64,000 bases of DNA from a virus (lineage: Duplodnaviria; Heunggongvirae; Uroviricota; Caudoviricetes): IMG/VR virus record IMGVR_UViG_3300033463_000048, positions 39,434 to 103,433 of that record. One strand, 5' to 3'. This document shows positions 48,309 to 57,738 of the stretch, in pieces. The position numbers and the translations under genes are program-made. Below the pieces are notes generated by a model. The model was not told where the DNA came from and did not search any database. It saw only the letters and a program-made list of their open reading frames with translations. Every line of letters begins with the position of its first letter. Position 1 is the first letter of the stretch.

Positions 48309-48554
48309 GTGGATATTGTCACAATATTATCAATTTTTGGATTAGTTTCTACTATAAGTGGGAATGTATTAATTAATTATAGAAGAAAAATTGGATTTTT
48401 GGTTTGGATTATTGGTAATATATTGTGGATTTTAGTTAATGTGTTTGGGACGTTTAATGTGTTTATGGTTATAATGTATGTACTTTATGCGGTACTTAAT
48501 GTTGATGGCTGGATTAAATGGAGTAAAATACAAAAAGGAAAGGCTTCTAAGTAG
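48309..48554 (+). CDS. small polytopic membrane protein (GTG start)
   Basis: Three hydrophobic segments; 81 aa. Confidence 0.4.
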   Translation: MDIVTILSIFGLVSTISGNVLINYRRKIGFLVWIIGNILWILVNVFGTFNVFMVIMYVLYAVLNVDGWIKWSKIQKGKASK

Positions 48555-48566
48555 AGGCCTTTTTAA
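48539..48566 (+). terminator. rho-independent terminator
   Basis: aaggcttctaagtagaggcc ttttt. Confidence 0.65.
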
Positions 48567-48606
48567 ATTTGAAAATTTTTTAAAATTATTATATAATTTA
48601 TATAGA
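48563..48606 (+). promoter_or_regulatory. conserved promoter-family member
   Basis: ttgaaa 48569-74, tataat 48592-97, spacer 17, then TTATATAGAAAA. Confidence 0.65.
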
Positions 48607-48628
48607 AAATAAAGAAAGGAATAAAAAA

Positions 48629-48835
48629 ATGGATACGGCTTTCTATTTGGATGCAGAAAAGTTTGTACGATTTATCGGTGATTTGGCTGATAAGGTTCCG
48701 AAGACACCCTTAACGCGCGATGTAGTTAATAGAATTATTGATTATGTTGAGCAGAATATGGAACATAAAGAGTTCTGTCCTTATGGTTTTACTGAGATAG
48801 ATAAAGAAGTTTGTGGAGTTTGTAGAAGTAACTAA
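48629..48835 (+). CDS. hypothetical protein
   Basis: 68 aa, C-terminal CxxC. Confidence 0.4.
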   Translation: MDTAFYLDAEKFVRFIGDLADKVPKTPLTRDVVNRIIDYVEQNMEHKEFCPYGFTEIDKEVCGVCRSN

Positions 48836-48858
48836 GAGATAGAAAGAAGGATACAACT

Positions 48859-49545
48859 ATGGGAAAGTTCTATGAGAGTCCTACTGAGAAAGAAATGGAA
48901 ATTGCTAGAGAAATCTGCGGATATATAAATGATGATACTTCAATTGGTGCTCTTGCTTCTTTTGGGATATATTGGGTTAATGCCGGTTGTGAAAAATCAG
49001 TTTATAGAAGCGATAAATTGCCCGGTTGGGTTATAAAAGAAGGCAATGAAAGTTGTTATTATGAAGCAAAAAATTATGAGCGCGCGAAAGAAGAGGGACT
49101 TACTTTTTATTTTGCGCCTTCGTATTTTATAGTAAAAAAAGAAAAGGAAGTCGGTAGTAAAGAGCATAGTGTGATTATTGATAGATATTATACTATGCAG
49201 AAAGAAGTAATTTGTGATGAAGGCACAAATTGGGATAGCGTTAATGAGTATATTAAAAATAATTATTATACTGATGAAGACTTTGATAAAGTAGAAAGTG
49301 GCGAACGTCTAGAAAGCGAGATTTTTGAAAAATATGAAGAAGATCTTAGTGATATGGATAACGTAGATGCGCTTATTGGTTTCACTAACGCAATAGAAAA
49401 AGATATTTTTGAAGAATTTTGTGATAGGCTTAATTTGAACGATCTTCATTTGGGAAACTTTGGATTTAGTACAGAAGAAAGAAGAACTGTTATTGTAGAT
49501 TACAGTGGCTATCATTGCTGGGAAACTTTTGGAGAAATTGCATAG
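48859..49545 (+). CDS. hypothetical acidic protein
   Basis: 228 aa. Confidence 0.45.
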   Translation: MGKFYESPTEKEMEIAREICGYINDDTSIGALASFGIYWVNAGCEKSVYRSDKLPGWVIKEGNESCYYEAKNYERAKEEGLTFYFAPSYFIVKKEKEVGSKEHSVIIDRYYTMQKEVICDEGTNWDSVNEYIKNNYYTDEDFDKVESGERLESEIFEKYEEDLSDMDNVDALIGFTNAIEKDIFEEFCDRLNLNDLHLGNFGFSTEERRTVIVDYSGYHCWETFGEIA

Positions 49546-49594
49546 GTTTTTGTATAAAATATACAAAAAAAACGAAAAGTCGAGAAGTAAATTT

Positions 49595-49640
49595 TACTTT
49601 TTGACTTTTTTTTAAATTTTTGGTATAATATATATAGAAA
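49595..49640 (+). promoter_or_regulatory. sigma-A-type promoter (TTGACT-17-TATAAT), variant of conserved family
   Basis: ttgact 49601-06, tataat 49624-29, followed by ATATATAGAAAGAGTGAG. Confidence 0.65.
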
Positions 49641-49661
49641 GAGTGAGAAAGGAATAAAGAA

Positions 49662-49919
49662 ATGGAATTGTTTCTAAAAAGCAAAAAGGGAGAAAATAAA
49701 TATTATAAAACGGATATTTATATGGATCCGCTGCCTGAGAGTTGCTATAAATGTCCGTTCTTTTATTTGACCAACCCTGATGAAGGAGGTGGTTGGTATG
49801 AGCATTGGACTTGTTTTTTAGGAGTACTCAGAACAAAAAGAGATTATGCTGGAATTGCATTGGAAAGAAGTAAGAAGTGTCCACTTAAGAAAGGAGTTAA
49901 AAATGAAATTCTTAGTTGA
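49662..49919 (+). CDS. hypothetical protein
   Basis: 85 aa. Confidence 0.4.
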   Translation: MELFLKSKKGENKYYKTDIYMDPLPESCYKCPFFYLTNPDEGGGWYEHWTCFLGVLRTKRDYAGIALERSKKCPLKKGVKNEILS

Positions 49920-50091
49920 ATATAGAGAAGCAAAATATTGCACTGCTGAAGTTTATGCAGATACTAGTGAAAAAGCAAAAGAAAAATTTATACAAGAATG
50001 GGAAAGTGGAAGAGCCTTTTGTGTAGACGAAAGTGGTTTAGAATTAGACATTTACAATGTTTGTGAGGACAATGAAAATGAGAACAATTGA
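49903..50091 (+). CDS. hypothetical protein (start MKFLVEY)
   Basis: RBS aaaggag; 62 aa. Confidence 0.35.
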   Translation: MKFLVEYREAKYCTAEVYADTSEKAKEKFIQEWESGRAFCVDESGLELDIYNVCEDNENENN

Positions 50092-50368
50092 TGTAGATGC
50101 ATTACTTCAAAAGGCAAAGATTATAAAAGTAAAAATCGGCGGCGATAAAGTTGTCGATATGATTATGGTGCAGGATTTGATGAGCGCACCAACTGTTGAA
50201 GCAACTCTCGAAGAAACTCATTGGCTTTTTGATAAGAGTAATAAGGATAAGTTTATCTGCGCGAAATGCGGAAATTCTATTAGTGGAGATATGATTGGAG
50301 GACGTTATGTCGCGCACAATGGGTTTTTCCCTTATCCTTATTGTCCTATGTGTGGAAGAAAGGCATAA
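50057..50368 (+). CDS. zinc-ribbon family small protein (C-terminal YPYCPMCGRKA)
   Basis: CAKCG...YCPMCG. Confidence 0.45.
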   Translation: MFVRTMKMRTIDVDALLQKAKIIKVKIGGDKVVDMIMVQDLMSAPTVEATLEETHWLFDKSNKDKFICAKCGNSISGDMIGGRYVAHNGFFPYPYCPMCGRKA

Positions 50369-50371
50369 AAA

Positions 50372-50596
50372 ATGAACGAATGGATTCCTATTACAAAACA
50401 ACTACCGGAAGAAAAAAGAACAAAAGGTTATGGTTTATGTAATGTATTAGTAACACATAAATATTCTGGTGTCTTACGTACTGGTAAAGCTATATTTACT
50501 AATGGAAAATTTTATACTATAAATTATCAAATACCAGATGAGACCGTAATTGCTTGGATGCCATTACCTGAACCATATAAAAGAGAAGAGGTATAG
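50372..50596 (+). CDS. hypothetical protein
   Basis: 74 aa. Confidence 0.4.
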   Translation: MNEWIPITKQLPEEKRTKGYGLCNVLVTHKYSGVLRTGKAIFTNGKFYTINYQIPDETVIAWMPLPEPYKREEV

Positions 50597-50598
50597 AA

Positions 50599-50991
50599 AT
50601 GGAAGAGTTTACAGTTGAGTATGGAAGAACTTTTACACTTACAATTGGTGATGTAGAAGTATGTAATCTTGTGATTAACAATGGAGTTAATGGTAAGTGG
50701 ACTATTACTGCGTGGTATACAAAAGAAGGTTATGGTCATAAAGGATATGGTACTCAACTGATGAAGCGCGCGATTAATCAGATGTACGAGTGGTATGGAA
50801 AGCCGCGCGTAATTGAATACGTATGGAATGGCGCGAATCAGTATGTATATGATTGGTTAGAGAAGTTTGATCCGGTATGTAAGTGCCCATTAGCTGTGTT
50901 GAAGATGCAGAATGATGATGAGTGGGACGCGCATATTTATTTGTTGAATGTAGATAAATTTTTGGAATATTTTGGAGTAGAGAATGAGTAA
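50599..50991 (+). CDS. possible GNAT-like acetyltransferase
   Basis: GYGHKGYGTQLMKRAI resembles GNAT motif A; weak. Confidence 0.3.
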   Translation: MEEFTVEYGRTFTLTIGDVEVCNLVINNGVNGKWTITAWYTKEGYGHKGYGTQLMKRAINQMYEWYGKPRVIEYVWNGANQYVYDWLEKFDPVCKCPLAVLKMQNDDEWDAHIYLLNVDKFLEYFGVENE

Positions 50992-51409
50992 AGAATTTAA
51001 TAAAACAGAAGAGAAAGAGCTTGAGACAAAAGTGCGAAATATTTGGTCTAATTATCTTACTTTAGATTCTGATGTTAAGGATATTATATATAGTTATAAA
51101 GGTATTTATCCTTTTGATATCTGTAATATAAATGTTGCTAATGGATATATTGATATTGATTATTCTTATAGCAAGGATAAGGGTAACTTAGATTTATATT
51201 TTGATTATATTTCTTTCCCAATTGAATGGCTTTTTTATTATATTAATGATCGTGAGTATTTTGGTTATAAAATAGAAGAGCAGAAAATGTGGGATGAACA
51301 GGCAGAAAAAGAAAGACGGTATGAAGAACTCAAAGAAATTTATAGATATAAAGAAGCTGAGTTTGAAGAATATTTGAGACTTAAGGAAGAATTTGGAGAT
51401 TTAAAATGA
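50984..51409 (+). CDS. hypothetical acidic protein
   Basis: 141 aa. Confidence 0.4.
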   Translation: MSKEFNKTEEKELETKVRNIWSNYLTLDSDVKDIIYSYKGIYPFDICNINVANGYIDIDYSYSKDKGNLDLYFDYISFPIEWLFYYINDREYFGYKIEEQKMWDEQAEKERRYEELKEIYRYKEAEFEEYLRLKEEFGDLK

Positions 51410-51469
51410 GTGATTGGTATACAGATTATTGTCCAAATTGCGGCGCAGAAATGGAGGTAGACGAATGAG
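51407..51469 (+). pseudogene. 20-codon remnant ORF (MSDWYTDYCPNCGAEMEVDE), apparent internal-deletion relic of a zinc-ribbon paralogue
   Basis: Its C-terminus mirrors ...YCPHCGARMEVNK of the next gene. It ends in the same GGAGGTAGACGAATGA junction seen at 52134-52149. Confidence 0.45.
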
Positions 51470-51794
51470 ACTGATTGATGCGGATGCTGTAAGTGAACAA
51501 ATGCGACCATATATAAGTTTGCACAAAAACTCCGAAGATTTATTTTTGGCGGGATGTGGCGACGGAGCATATCATTATCAATTTGCAGTTGACCACGCAC
51601 CAACCATCGAGGAACGCAAGACGGGCAAGTGGGAAGTAAAACTCATTCGTCCCATTGCTCACTTGCTTATATGCTCTAACTGCGGAGCGGAGATAAACAT
51701 AACAGAAGAAGCGCACTTGGAATACTACAAAAGAGATTTTCGATACTGTCCGCATTGCGGTGCAAGGATGGAGGTAAACAAATGTGGGCAATAA
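51465..51794 (+). CDS. zinc-ribbon family small protein
   Basis: Start MRLIDADAV; CSNCG...YCPHCGARM. Confidence 0.45.
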   Translation: MRLIDADAVSEQMRPYISLHKNSEDLFLAGCGDGAYHYQFAVDHAPTIEERKTGKWEVKLIRPIAHLLICSNCGAEINITEEAHLEYYKRDFRYCPHCGARMEVNKCGQ

Positions 51795-51922
51795 TTGGCG
51801 TTGTTATTGGTATTATTATTAATCGACTTATAATCGAGCCATTGGAAGAAAGACGCTATAGAAAGATGTGTGAAGATGCAGGGCTTATTCCAGTACAGTG
51901 GTACTACAGACGGAGGTAAACA

Positions 51923-52150
51923 ATGACGGATAAAGAGATTATCGATCTTGTAGCGGAGAAAGTCACAGAGGCATATAGCCGAGGTGTTAAGGACGGAATG
52001 AAGATGGCAAATGATTATCGAACAGTAACAATAAAGGACATTTATCCATCGTTTCCATCACAAGCCGACATGGTTTCAGTATATGCCGCACCCGTATACC
52101 CTCGGTACAATACAGTTATGACACAAGAGAAAGTGGAGGTAGACGAATGA
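51923..52150 (+). CDS. hypothetical protein
   Basis: 75 aa; ends at conserved GGAGGTAGACGAATGA junction. Confidence 0.4.
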   Translation: MTDKEIIDLVAEKVTEAYSRGVKDGMKMANDYRTVTIKDIYPSFPSQADMVSVYAAPVYPRYNTVMTQEKVEVDE

Positions 52151-52455
52151 CAGCACAAGAAATGATGGTAAGAAGTGAAATAAGACAAATCCTTAATGAA
52201 GCAGGAATCAATAGAGAAACCATTAAACAAATGGTAAAAGATACTATTACAGATGTTGTAAAAGCGCAAGTAAATCAAGTTCTTATGGAACGTAAGGAAA
52301 AAGACTTAAAGGAAGTTGTAATAGATTATTTAGATAGTAATATGTGGGGTATTATACGTAAAGTAACAGATGAAGTGGTCAAGCAGAAAATGCGTTGGCT
52401 TGATTTTTCTGTAAAAGTTGATGTTACGGATAAGAGTAAAAAAGAGGTAGAGTAA
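52147..52455 (+). CDS. hypothetical protein
   Basis: 102 aa. Confidence 0.4.
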   Translation: MTAQEMMVRSEIRQILNEAGINRETIKQMVKDTITDVVKAQVNQVLMERKEKDLKEVVIDYLDSNMWGIIRKVTDEVVKQKMRWLDFSVKVDVTDKSKKEVE

Positions 52456-52658
52456 TGGGAATTTATGTTGATATTACTTTACGAAATTCAAAAACAGGTG
52501 AAGAAAAAATAATTGAGTTTTGGAGCGCGGCTTCATATTCTGAAGCATGGCGCGGAGCTGTTGAGAAGGGATTACATAAGTTAAGTGACCTTTGGTCTCC
52601 CGAAGGGGATGATAAATATTGGTTTTTAGCGAGTCTTACAGATACGACAAGGAGATAA
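52455..52658 (+). CDS. hypothetical protein
   Basis: 67 aa. Confidence 0.35.
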   Translation: MGIYVDITLRNSKTGEEKIIEFWSAASYSEAWRGAVEKGLHKLSDLWSPEGDDKYWFLASLTDTTRR

Positions 52659-52664
52659 AATGGA

Positions 52665-52967
52665 ATGGCAAAATATATAATTACAATGCCTGTATGTTAT
52701 AAAAAAGCATTAGAAAATGATACATTTGGTTCTCATAAATGGGATTGGATCTTTAGGGAACTCTGTAAAATAGCGAAACCATATGAAGAACCCGAGGAAG
52801 CAGAATGGAAAGACTATTATTTTATGGGTCAGCGCGAAGGATTAGAGTGTTCTAAATGTCATAATGTAGTGGATTTTTATCGTTTTCCTTACTGTCCTTG
52901 GTGCGGAAGAAAGATGAAAATCGCGCCTTGTGGTGGGCGCAGAGGATTAGGAGTAATAGATGACTAA
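52665..52967 (+). CDS. zinc-ribbon family small protein (FPYCPWCGRKM)
   Basis: CSKCH...YCPWCG. Confidence 0.45.
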   Translation: MAKYIITMPVCYKKALENDTFGSHKWDWIFRELCKIAKPYEEPEEAEWKDYYFMGQREGLECSKCHNVVDFYRFPYCPWCGRKMKIAPCGGRRGLGVIDD

Positions 52968-53160
52968 TAAAGAAAAAGCAATTGTAATGGCACATACTGG
53001 AATTTGTATGCTTACTGGAGATAAAATGAAATATTTTTACGAGTATTTGGAAGAGTTATATGGTAGACCGGTATATACCCATGAGATTCTTTATTTAGAT
53101 ATTAAAGAAAAGTCTAAGAAGGATTTTATTAAATTATGTAAGGATATAGAAGTAAAATAA
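52960..53160 (+). CDS. hypothetical protein
   Basis: 66 aa. Confidence 0.35.
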   Translation: MTNKEKAIVMAHTGICMLTGDKMKYFYEYLEELYGRPVYTHEILYLDIKEKSKKDFIKLCKDIEVK

Positions 53161-53180
53161 AAATAAAAGGAGAAATATAA

Positions 53181-54161
53181 ATGATTTTTTCAATTGTTGG
53201 ACTTATTATTGCTGTTGTTGGATTTTTCTTGCTTAATGAAGTTACAGAATCAATCGCAACGCGCCTTTTGGCATCAGTTCTGACTCTCGTTGTCTTTGTA
53301 ATTCTTGGGTGTATTACTTCTGTTCCTACCGGTAACACTGGTGTAGTTGTTACCTTCGGACATGTAGAAGATTACACTCTAGATTCTGGTATCCATTTTG
53401 TTGCACCTTGGCAGACAGTAAAGAAAATGGATAATAAGACGCAGATTTATAATGTAGAGTTATCTTGCTTTTCTTCCGACATTCAGGAAGTAACTATTAA
53501 GTATGCAGTAAACTATAGTATTGATAAGCAGAATGCGCAGATTATTTATAAGACAATTGGTGAAAACTATGTTGCTACTGTAATGGAGCCAAAGGTTCAA
53601 GAAGCAGTAAAGGGTATTATTGCAAAATATACTGCTGAGCAGTTGATTGGTATTCGTGCGAACTTGTCTACTCAGGTAGAAGAAATTCTCACTGCGTCTT
53701 TGGCAAATTATTATATTAATGTAGTATCTACTTCCCTTAGCGACATTGATTTTACCGATGCCTTCACTGATGCTGTAGAAAAGAAACAGGTGGCAGAACA
53801 GAATAAGTTGCGCGCTAAGACTGAGCAGGAACAGGCAATTATCGAGGCTAATGCGTCTGCAGAGAAGCAGGTAATTAAGGCGCAGGCAGATGCTGATGCG
53901 GCGATTATCGCGGCAGAGGCTGATAAGAAGGTACAGCAGATTAATGCTGATGCGGCTGAGTATGCGGGACAGAAGGAAGCTGCGATTTTGAGTAATATTG
54001 GTGAGCAGTTGACGAAGTATCCGGGATTGCGCGAGTATTATTACTTCCAGGCTTGGGATGGGAAACTTCCTATTACTATGCTTGGTGGAGATACAAGTGT
54101 AATTATGGATGGATTAGTTAATTCTGAAAACAATGTTGAAATTGAAAAGGGCGTAGAGTAA
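53181..54161 (+). CDS. SPFH/band-7 (prohibitin/HflK-C-like) membrane protein
   Basis: N-terminal TM(s), then SPFH-like core and long Ala/Gln/Glu coiled coil. Confidence 0.55.
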   Translation: MIFSIVGLIIAVVGFFLLNEVTESIATRLLASVLTLVVFVILGCITSVPTGNTGVVVTFGHVEDYTLDSGIHFVAPWQTVKKMDNKTQIYNVELSCFSSDIQEVTIKYAVNYSIDKQNAQIIYKTIGENYVATVMEPKVQEAVKGIIAKYTAEQLIGIRANLSTQVEEILTASLANYYINVVSTSLSDIDFTDAFTDAVEKKQVAEQNKLRAKTEQEQAIIEANASAEKQVIKAQADADAAIIAAEADKKVQQINADAAEYAGQKEAAILSNIGEQLTKYPGLREYYYFQAWDGKLPITMLGGDTSVIMDGLVNSENNVEIEKGVE

Positions 54162-54185
54162 TCTGCGCCCTTAGGGGAGATTTAA

Positions 54186-54581
54186 ATGGTAGATATATCA
54201 GTATATAATAACTGCATGAATAAACTTGCAAAAGATAATATAAAAATTAATGAATATGGTGCTTTAGAGGTTAATGCGGATGTATTTATAAAAGCAAATA
54301 TGTCTGATAAAGAAATCAAAGATTTTATCTATCAAATTTTTGATATGATGATTGAAGATTGGAATGAGGAGCATCCTTATATAGAAGCTAATTTCACTAA
54401 TTTTATTGGTGAAAGATTTTTAAGTTATCTTGAGGATTTTGAATTTAATTGCTTTGAAAGTGATAGTTTTTGGGATATTACTATTTATTATAAAAATTCA
54501 ATTATATACGTATGGGGCAACGCTTTTGAAGGCTACATTCATTTAGGTTATGAAGGCGATAAGGTAGAGGAAGAAGAATGA
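54186..54581 (+). CDS. hypothetical protein
   Basis: 131 aa. Confidence 0.4.
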   Translation: MVDISVYNNCMNKLAKDNIKINEYGALEVNADVFIKANMSDKEIKDFIYQIFDMMIEDWNEEHPYIEANFTNFIGERFLSYLEDFEFNCFESDSFWDITIYYKNSIIYVWGNAFEGYIHLGYEGDKVEEEE

Positions 54582-54853
54582 AGAATACTTATGATTATTT
54601 TAATAGGGTTAAATCACTCTATGAGGAATGTATGAATAAAATGGAACCCCAAGACCACAAGGAAATGGGATTTCTCCTCGGGATGCAACACGCGCGAGAT
54701 ATATTGGTAAGGGAGTATCATAATTATACTATGAATGAGTTGGAGAATTTATTTGTTACTCCGTTACCCACGGAAAAAGTTGTTGACTTATTCTTCAATA
54801 AGGATTTGGCTAATTTTCTAGAAGATTGTTTAGATAAGGAGAAAGATAAATGA
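54578..54853 (+). CDS. hypothetical protein
   Basis: 91 aa. Confidence 0.4.
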   Translation: MKNTYDYFNRVKSLYEECMNKMEPQDHKEMGFLLGMQHARDILVREYHNYTMNELENLFVTPLPTEKVVDLFFNKDLANFLEDCLDKEKDK

Positions 54854-55146
54854 AGAAATTTAGTAAATTTGATAAGTTTATATTTGGTTTAACCGCAGCA
54901 ATTGTAATTTTCTTAATTGTTGTACTTGTTCTAATTTTCGCGCCTTCAAAGCGTGAGCCATTTAATAAAGAATTGTATGACCAGTTTATTGCAGTAGAGA
55001 AGTACGGTAATAGTCAGAGGGGATTGCTTATTGTGTATGATAAGGATACAAAGGTAATGTATTATTTTATTGATGATGCATATCAGATGGCACTTACCCC
55101 TATTTATAATAGTGATGGAACCATTAGACTTTACGAAGGCGAGTAA
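54850..55146 (+). CDS. small membrane protein
   Basis: TM LTAAIVIFLIVVLVLIF. Confidence 0.4.
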   Translation: MKKFSKFDKFIFGLTAAIVIFLIVVLVLIFAPSKREPFNKELYDQFIAVEKYGNSQRGLLIVYDKDTKVMYYFIDDAYQMALTPIYNSDGTIRLYEGE

Positions 55147-55147
55147 A

Positions 55148-55678
55148 ATGGGAAAATATTGGAGACACTTCAAAACAGTATGTAAACATAAATTCTTTGT
55201 ATTCAAAGAGTGCAGAAAATGTGGAATAACTTGGCAAGGATTTGTACACGACTTGTCTAAATTTTCTGTTACTGAATTTATGCCATCTGCAAAATATTTT
55301 CAAGGTGACAGAAGCCCAATTCAAGCAGAGAAAGAAGCGATAGGCTACAGCAAGGCTTGGCTACATCATAAATCACATAATAAACATCATTGGCAGTATT
55401 GGACAGATTTTGGCACGAGTGGAAACATCATCAAAGTAAAGATTCCGATTAAGTATGTAATCGAAATGGTATGTGACTGGATTGGAGCGGGAAAAGCATA
55501 TTCAACAAAGAAGTGGGGTCAAACTGAGCCACTTGATTATTATATAAATCACATCAAAAAAGAATCCCACATTCATCCTGAAACAGAAAGAACAGTGATG
55601 TATCTGTTACAGGTTCTTGCAGACAAAGGACCGGATAAATTTCACAATGAAGCAAAGAAATTGCTGAAAGAAGGGTAA
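55148..55678 (+). CDS. His-rich hypothetical protein (WLHHKSHNKHHWQYW)
   Basis: Start MGKYWRH after TAA; 176 aa. Confidence 0.4.
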   Translation: MGKYWRHFKTVCKHKFFVFKECRKCGITWQGFVHDLSKFSVTEFMPSAKYFQGDRSPIQAEKEAIGYSKAWLHHKSHNKHHWQYWTDFGTSGNIIKVKIPIKYVIEMVCDWIGAGKAYSTKKWGQTEPLDYYINHIKKESHIHPETERTVMYLLQVLADKGPDKFHNEAKKLLKEG

Positions 55679-55681
55679 AAA

Positions 55682-55930
55682 ATGGGAATTTTTTATGATA
55701 AATATGTTTTCTTCAGATATAGTAATAGAAATGATTTCGTTCCAGATTATCCCGAAGATTTTGAGAAAATTGTAAAGTATCTACAATCTCAGGGTAAAAT
55801 TAAATGTAGTGCGCGCCGGTTACAGAGTCTCTATAGAGATTATTGTGATGAAACTGCTAGTGCGGGTTGGTTGGACGTCGATGAAGATGTACTTGCGCGT
55901 TTTGCAGAATGGTTGAATAGACAAGATTAA
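55682..55930 (+). CDS. hypothetical protein
   Basis: 82 aa. Confidence 0.4.
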   Translation: MGIFYDKYVFFRYSNRNDFVPDYPEDFEKIVKYLQSQGKIKCSARRLQSLYRDYCDETASAGWLDVDEDVLARFAEWLNRQD

Positions 55931-55941
55931 AGGAGATAAAA

Positions 55942-56514
55942 ATGCATTATTGTACTTATATTTTTACAGAGAAAATCCCAACCAATGAAGATATCGATAG
56001 AGTAATGGCTCCATTTTATGAGGGCGATTTCTATCGAAAACTTGATGAAGGTAGTGATGGTGAACGCCCCGCATTTTTGTGGGATTGGTGTGTCCTTGGT
56101 GGACGTTATTGCGGAGACATTAAACTTAGAATTGACAAAGATAACAAAGAATATAAATGGTATATCTATATGTCTGGTGGGAGAGAGGGAAAGATTTTTC
56201 GTTCTAGTATCTTTAAAACTCTTTCTTCAGGCGAAAAAATTTATTTTAGTGAAGAAGATTATTATCCATACATGGGCTGGCACGATGGATACTTATATGT
56301 AGATGGCGCCTATGCAAAAGATATAATGAATATTGATGATCTTAATTGCTATCAGTTTATTGACGAGAATGGAATGGGTTTTGCACGTGAGTCTTGGAAT
56401 GATGCAGCAGAGAAATTTGAAAAAGATGAACTTTTTGATGAAGAGTTTAAAGCAACTATTGAGCGCGCAAAAGAAAATAATTTGTTTATTACGGTGATTG
56501 ATTGTCATGATTAA
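55942..56514 (+). CDS. hypothetical protein
   Basis: 190 aa. Confidence 0.4.
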   Translation: MHYCTYIFTEKIPTNEDIDRVMAPFYEGDFYRKLDEGSDGERPAFLWDWCVLGGRYCGDIKLRIDKDNKEYKWYIYMSGGREGKIFRSSIFKTLSSGEKIYFSEEDYYPYMGWHDGYLYVDGAYAKDIMNIDDLNCYQFIDENGMGFARESWNDAAEKFEKDELFDEEFKATIERAKENNLFITVIDCHD

Positions 56515-56539
56515 AGATTTTACCAAGGAAAAGAAGAAA

Positions 56540-56734
56540 ATGTGCGATTGTAGAAAATGTGAAAACTCTGAGTTAAGATGGGGTGATAAAGGCGAACTCG
56601 TATGTTGGCTTCAGAGTGATATAGAATATATTCATTATTGTGATTGGGCAGTAGAAATGGTAGAGAATGGAAAAGATTTTTACTGTGAAGATTATAAAGA
56701 AGAACCAGGAAAATTTTTGGAGGAAGATAAATGA
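56540..56734 (+). CDS. small Cys-rich protein (MCDCRKC...)
   Basis: RBS aaggaaaag; CxC...C..C. Confidence 0.35.
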   Translation: MCDCRKCENSELRWGDKGELVCWLQSDIEYIHYCDWAVEMVENGKDFYCEDYKEEPGKFLEEDK

Positions 56735-57141
56735 ATATGACTGGATGGATATGTCCAACTTGTGGGCGCACTTACTCTCCATATGTGAGTACGTGTGAGT
56801 ATTGTAATGAAACCTATGATAATGGGATGGATAAAATTATATCGAAGGGCGCACTGCCACAGAAAGAAGAGATTGTAGTAGAGTCCAAACCAAACATTGA
56901 TTTGACTAGTATTATTGCGCCTATTCGAGAAGAAATTATAGATTTGAGACGAGATTTACCTTTAGATATTACTGATAAATCAATCAGAGATCGTCAAGAA
57001 GGGTATAATCTCGCAATTGATGACGTACTTGAATTAATTGATAGTGAAACCACAGATAAAACTGTTGTAATTGAAATCACAAATCCTTTCTGTAAGGGAA
57101 ATTGTGAAACTTGTACTATGAATTGTAAACGGAGGGGATAA
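56731..57141 (+). CDS. hypothetical protein with N- and C-terminal Cys clusters
   Basis: WICPTCG...CEYC ... CKGNCETCTMNC. Confidence 0.4.
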   Translation: MNMTGWICPTCGRTYSPYVSTCEYCNETYDNGMDKIISKGALPQKEEIVVESKPNIDLTSIIAPIREEIIDLRRDLPLDITDKSIRDRQEGYNLAIDDVLELIDSETTDKTVVIEITNPFCKGNCETCTMNCKRRG

Positions 57142-57142
57142 T

Positions 57143-57442
57143 ATGGACTCATTTATTTATAAAGCAAGCACAATGCGTGGAGAAACTCAACTTGCTCTTA
57201 CTGAAATTGAAATTAAGCGGCGCATTAACGAAACAATTAAAAACGCAGCAATTGCCGGTGAGTATTGGTGTCATTTTGTTATGCCTACACTACTTGAAGA
57301 GAAAGTTGTTGACGATATTGTAAGTGCGCTTCTTGCGTGTGGATATAGAGTTAAGGTTATGTTTAATAAAACATACTGTTTAACCATTCTTTGGGCGCCG
57401 GAAGATATGAAAGTTACTTTCGATGGAGAAGACTGGAGTTAA
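57143..57442 (+). CDS. hypothetical protein
   Basis: 99 aa. Confidence 0.4.
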   Translation: MDSFIYKASTMRGETQLALTEIEIKRRINETIKNAAIAGEYWCHFVMPTLLEEKVVDDIVSALLACGYRVKVMFNKTYCLTILWAPEDMKVTFDGEDWS

Positions 57443-57445
57443 GCT

Positions 57446-57667
57446 ATGGAAGAACTTAGAGATCGTGATTTAATGAACATCTATGAAATCTACGACCGAC
57501 TTCTCGATCTTGCTTGCGCGACTAATGATAAAGAAGAGGAATTGGTTTTGAGAAATGCAAGCAGAATGCTTAGAGAAATTGAAATTTATGCTAATAATAT
57601 ATCTGAAAATGATAATATGTTTTGGTCTAAAGGCGTTATAAAGGATATTATCTATCCTCTTGGATAA
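57446..57667 (+). CDS. hypothetical protein
   Basis: 73 aa. Confidence 0.35.
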   Translation: MEELRDRDLMNIYEIYDRLLDLACATNDKEEELVLRNASRMLREIEIYANNISENDNMFWSKGVIKDIIYPLG

Positions 57668-57671
57668 GCTA

Positions 57672-57716
57672 TAAAAAATTTGAAAAAAATATAAAATTAT
57701 ATTATAATTAATATAG
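57672..57716 (+). promoter_or_regulatory. conserved promoter-family member
   Basis: ttgaaa 57680-85, tataat 57703-08, spacer 17, then TAATATAGAAAATAAG. Confidence 0.6.
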
Positions 57717-57738
57717 AAAATAAGAAAGGAGCTTAAAA

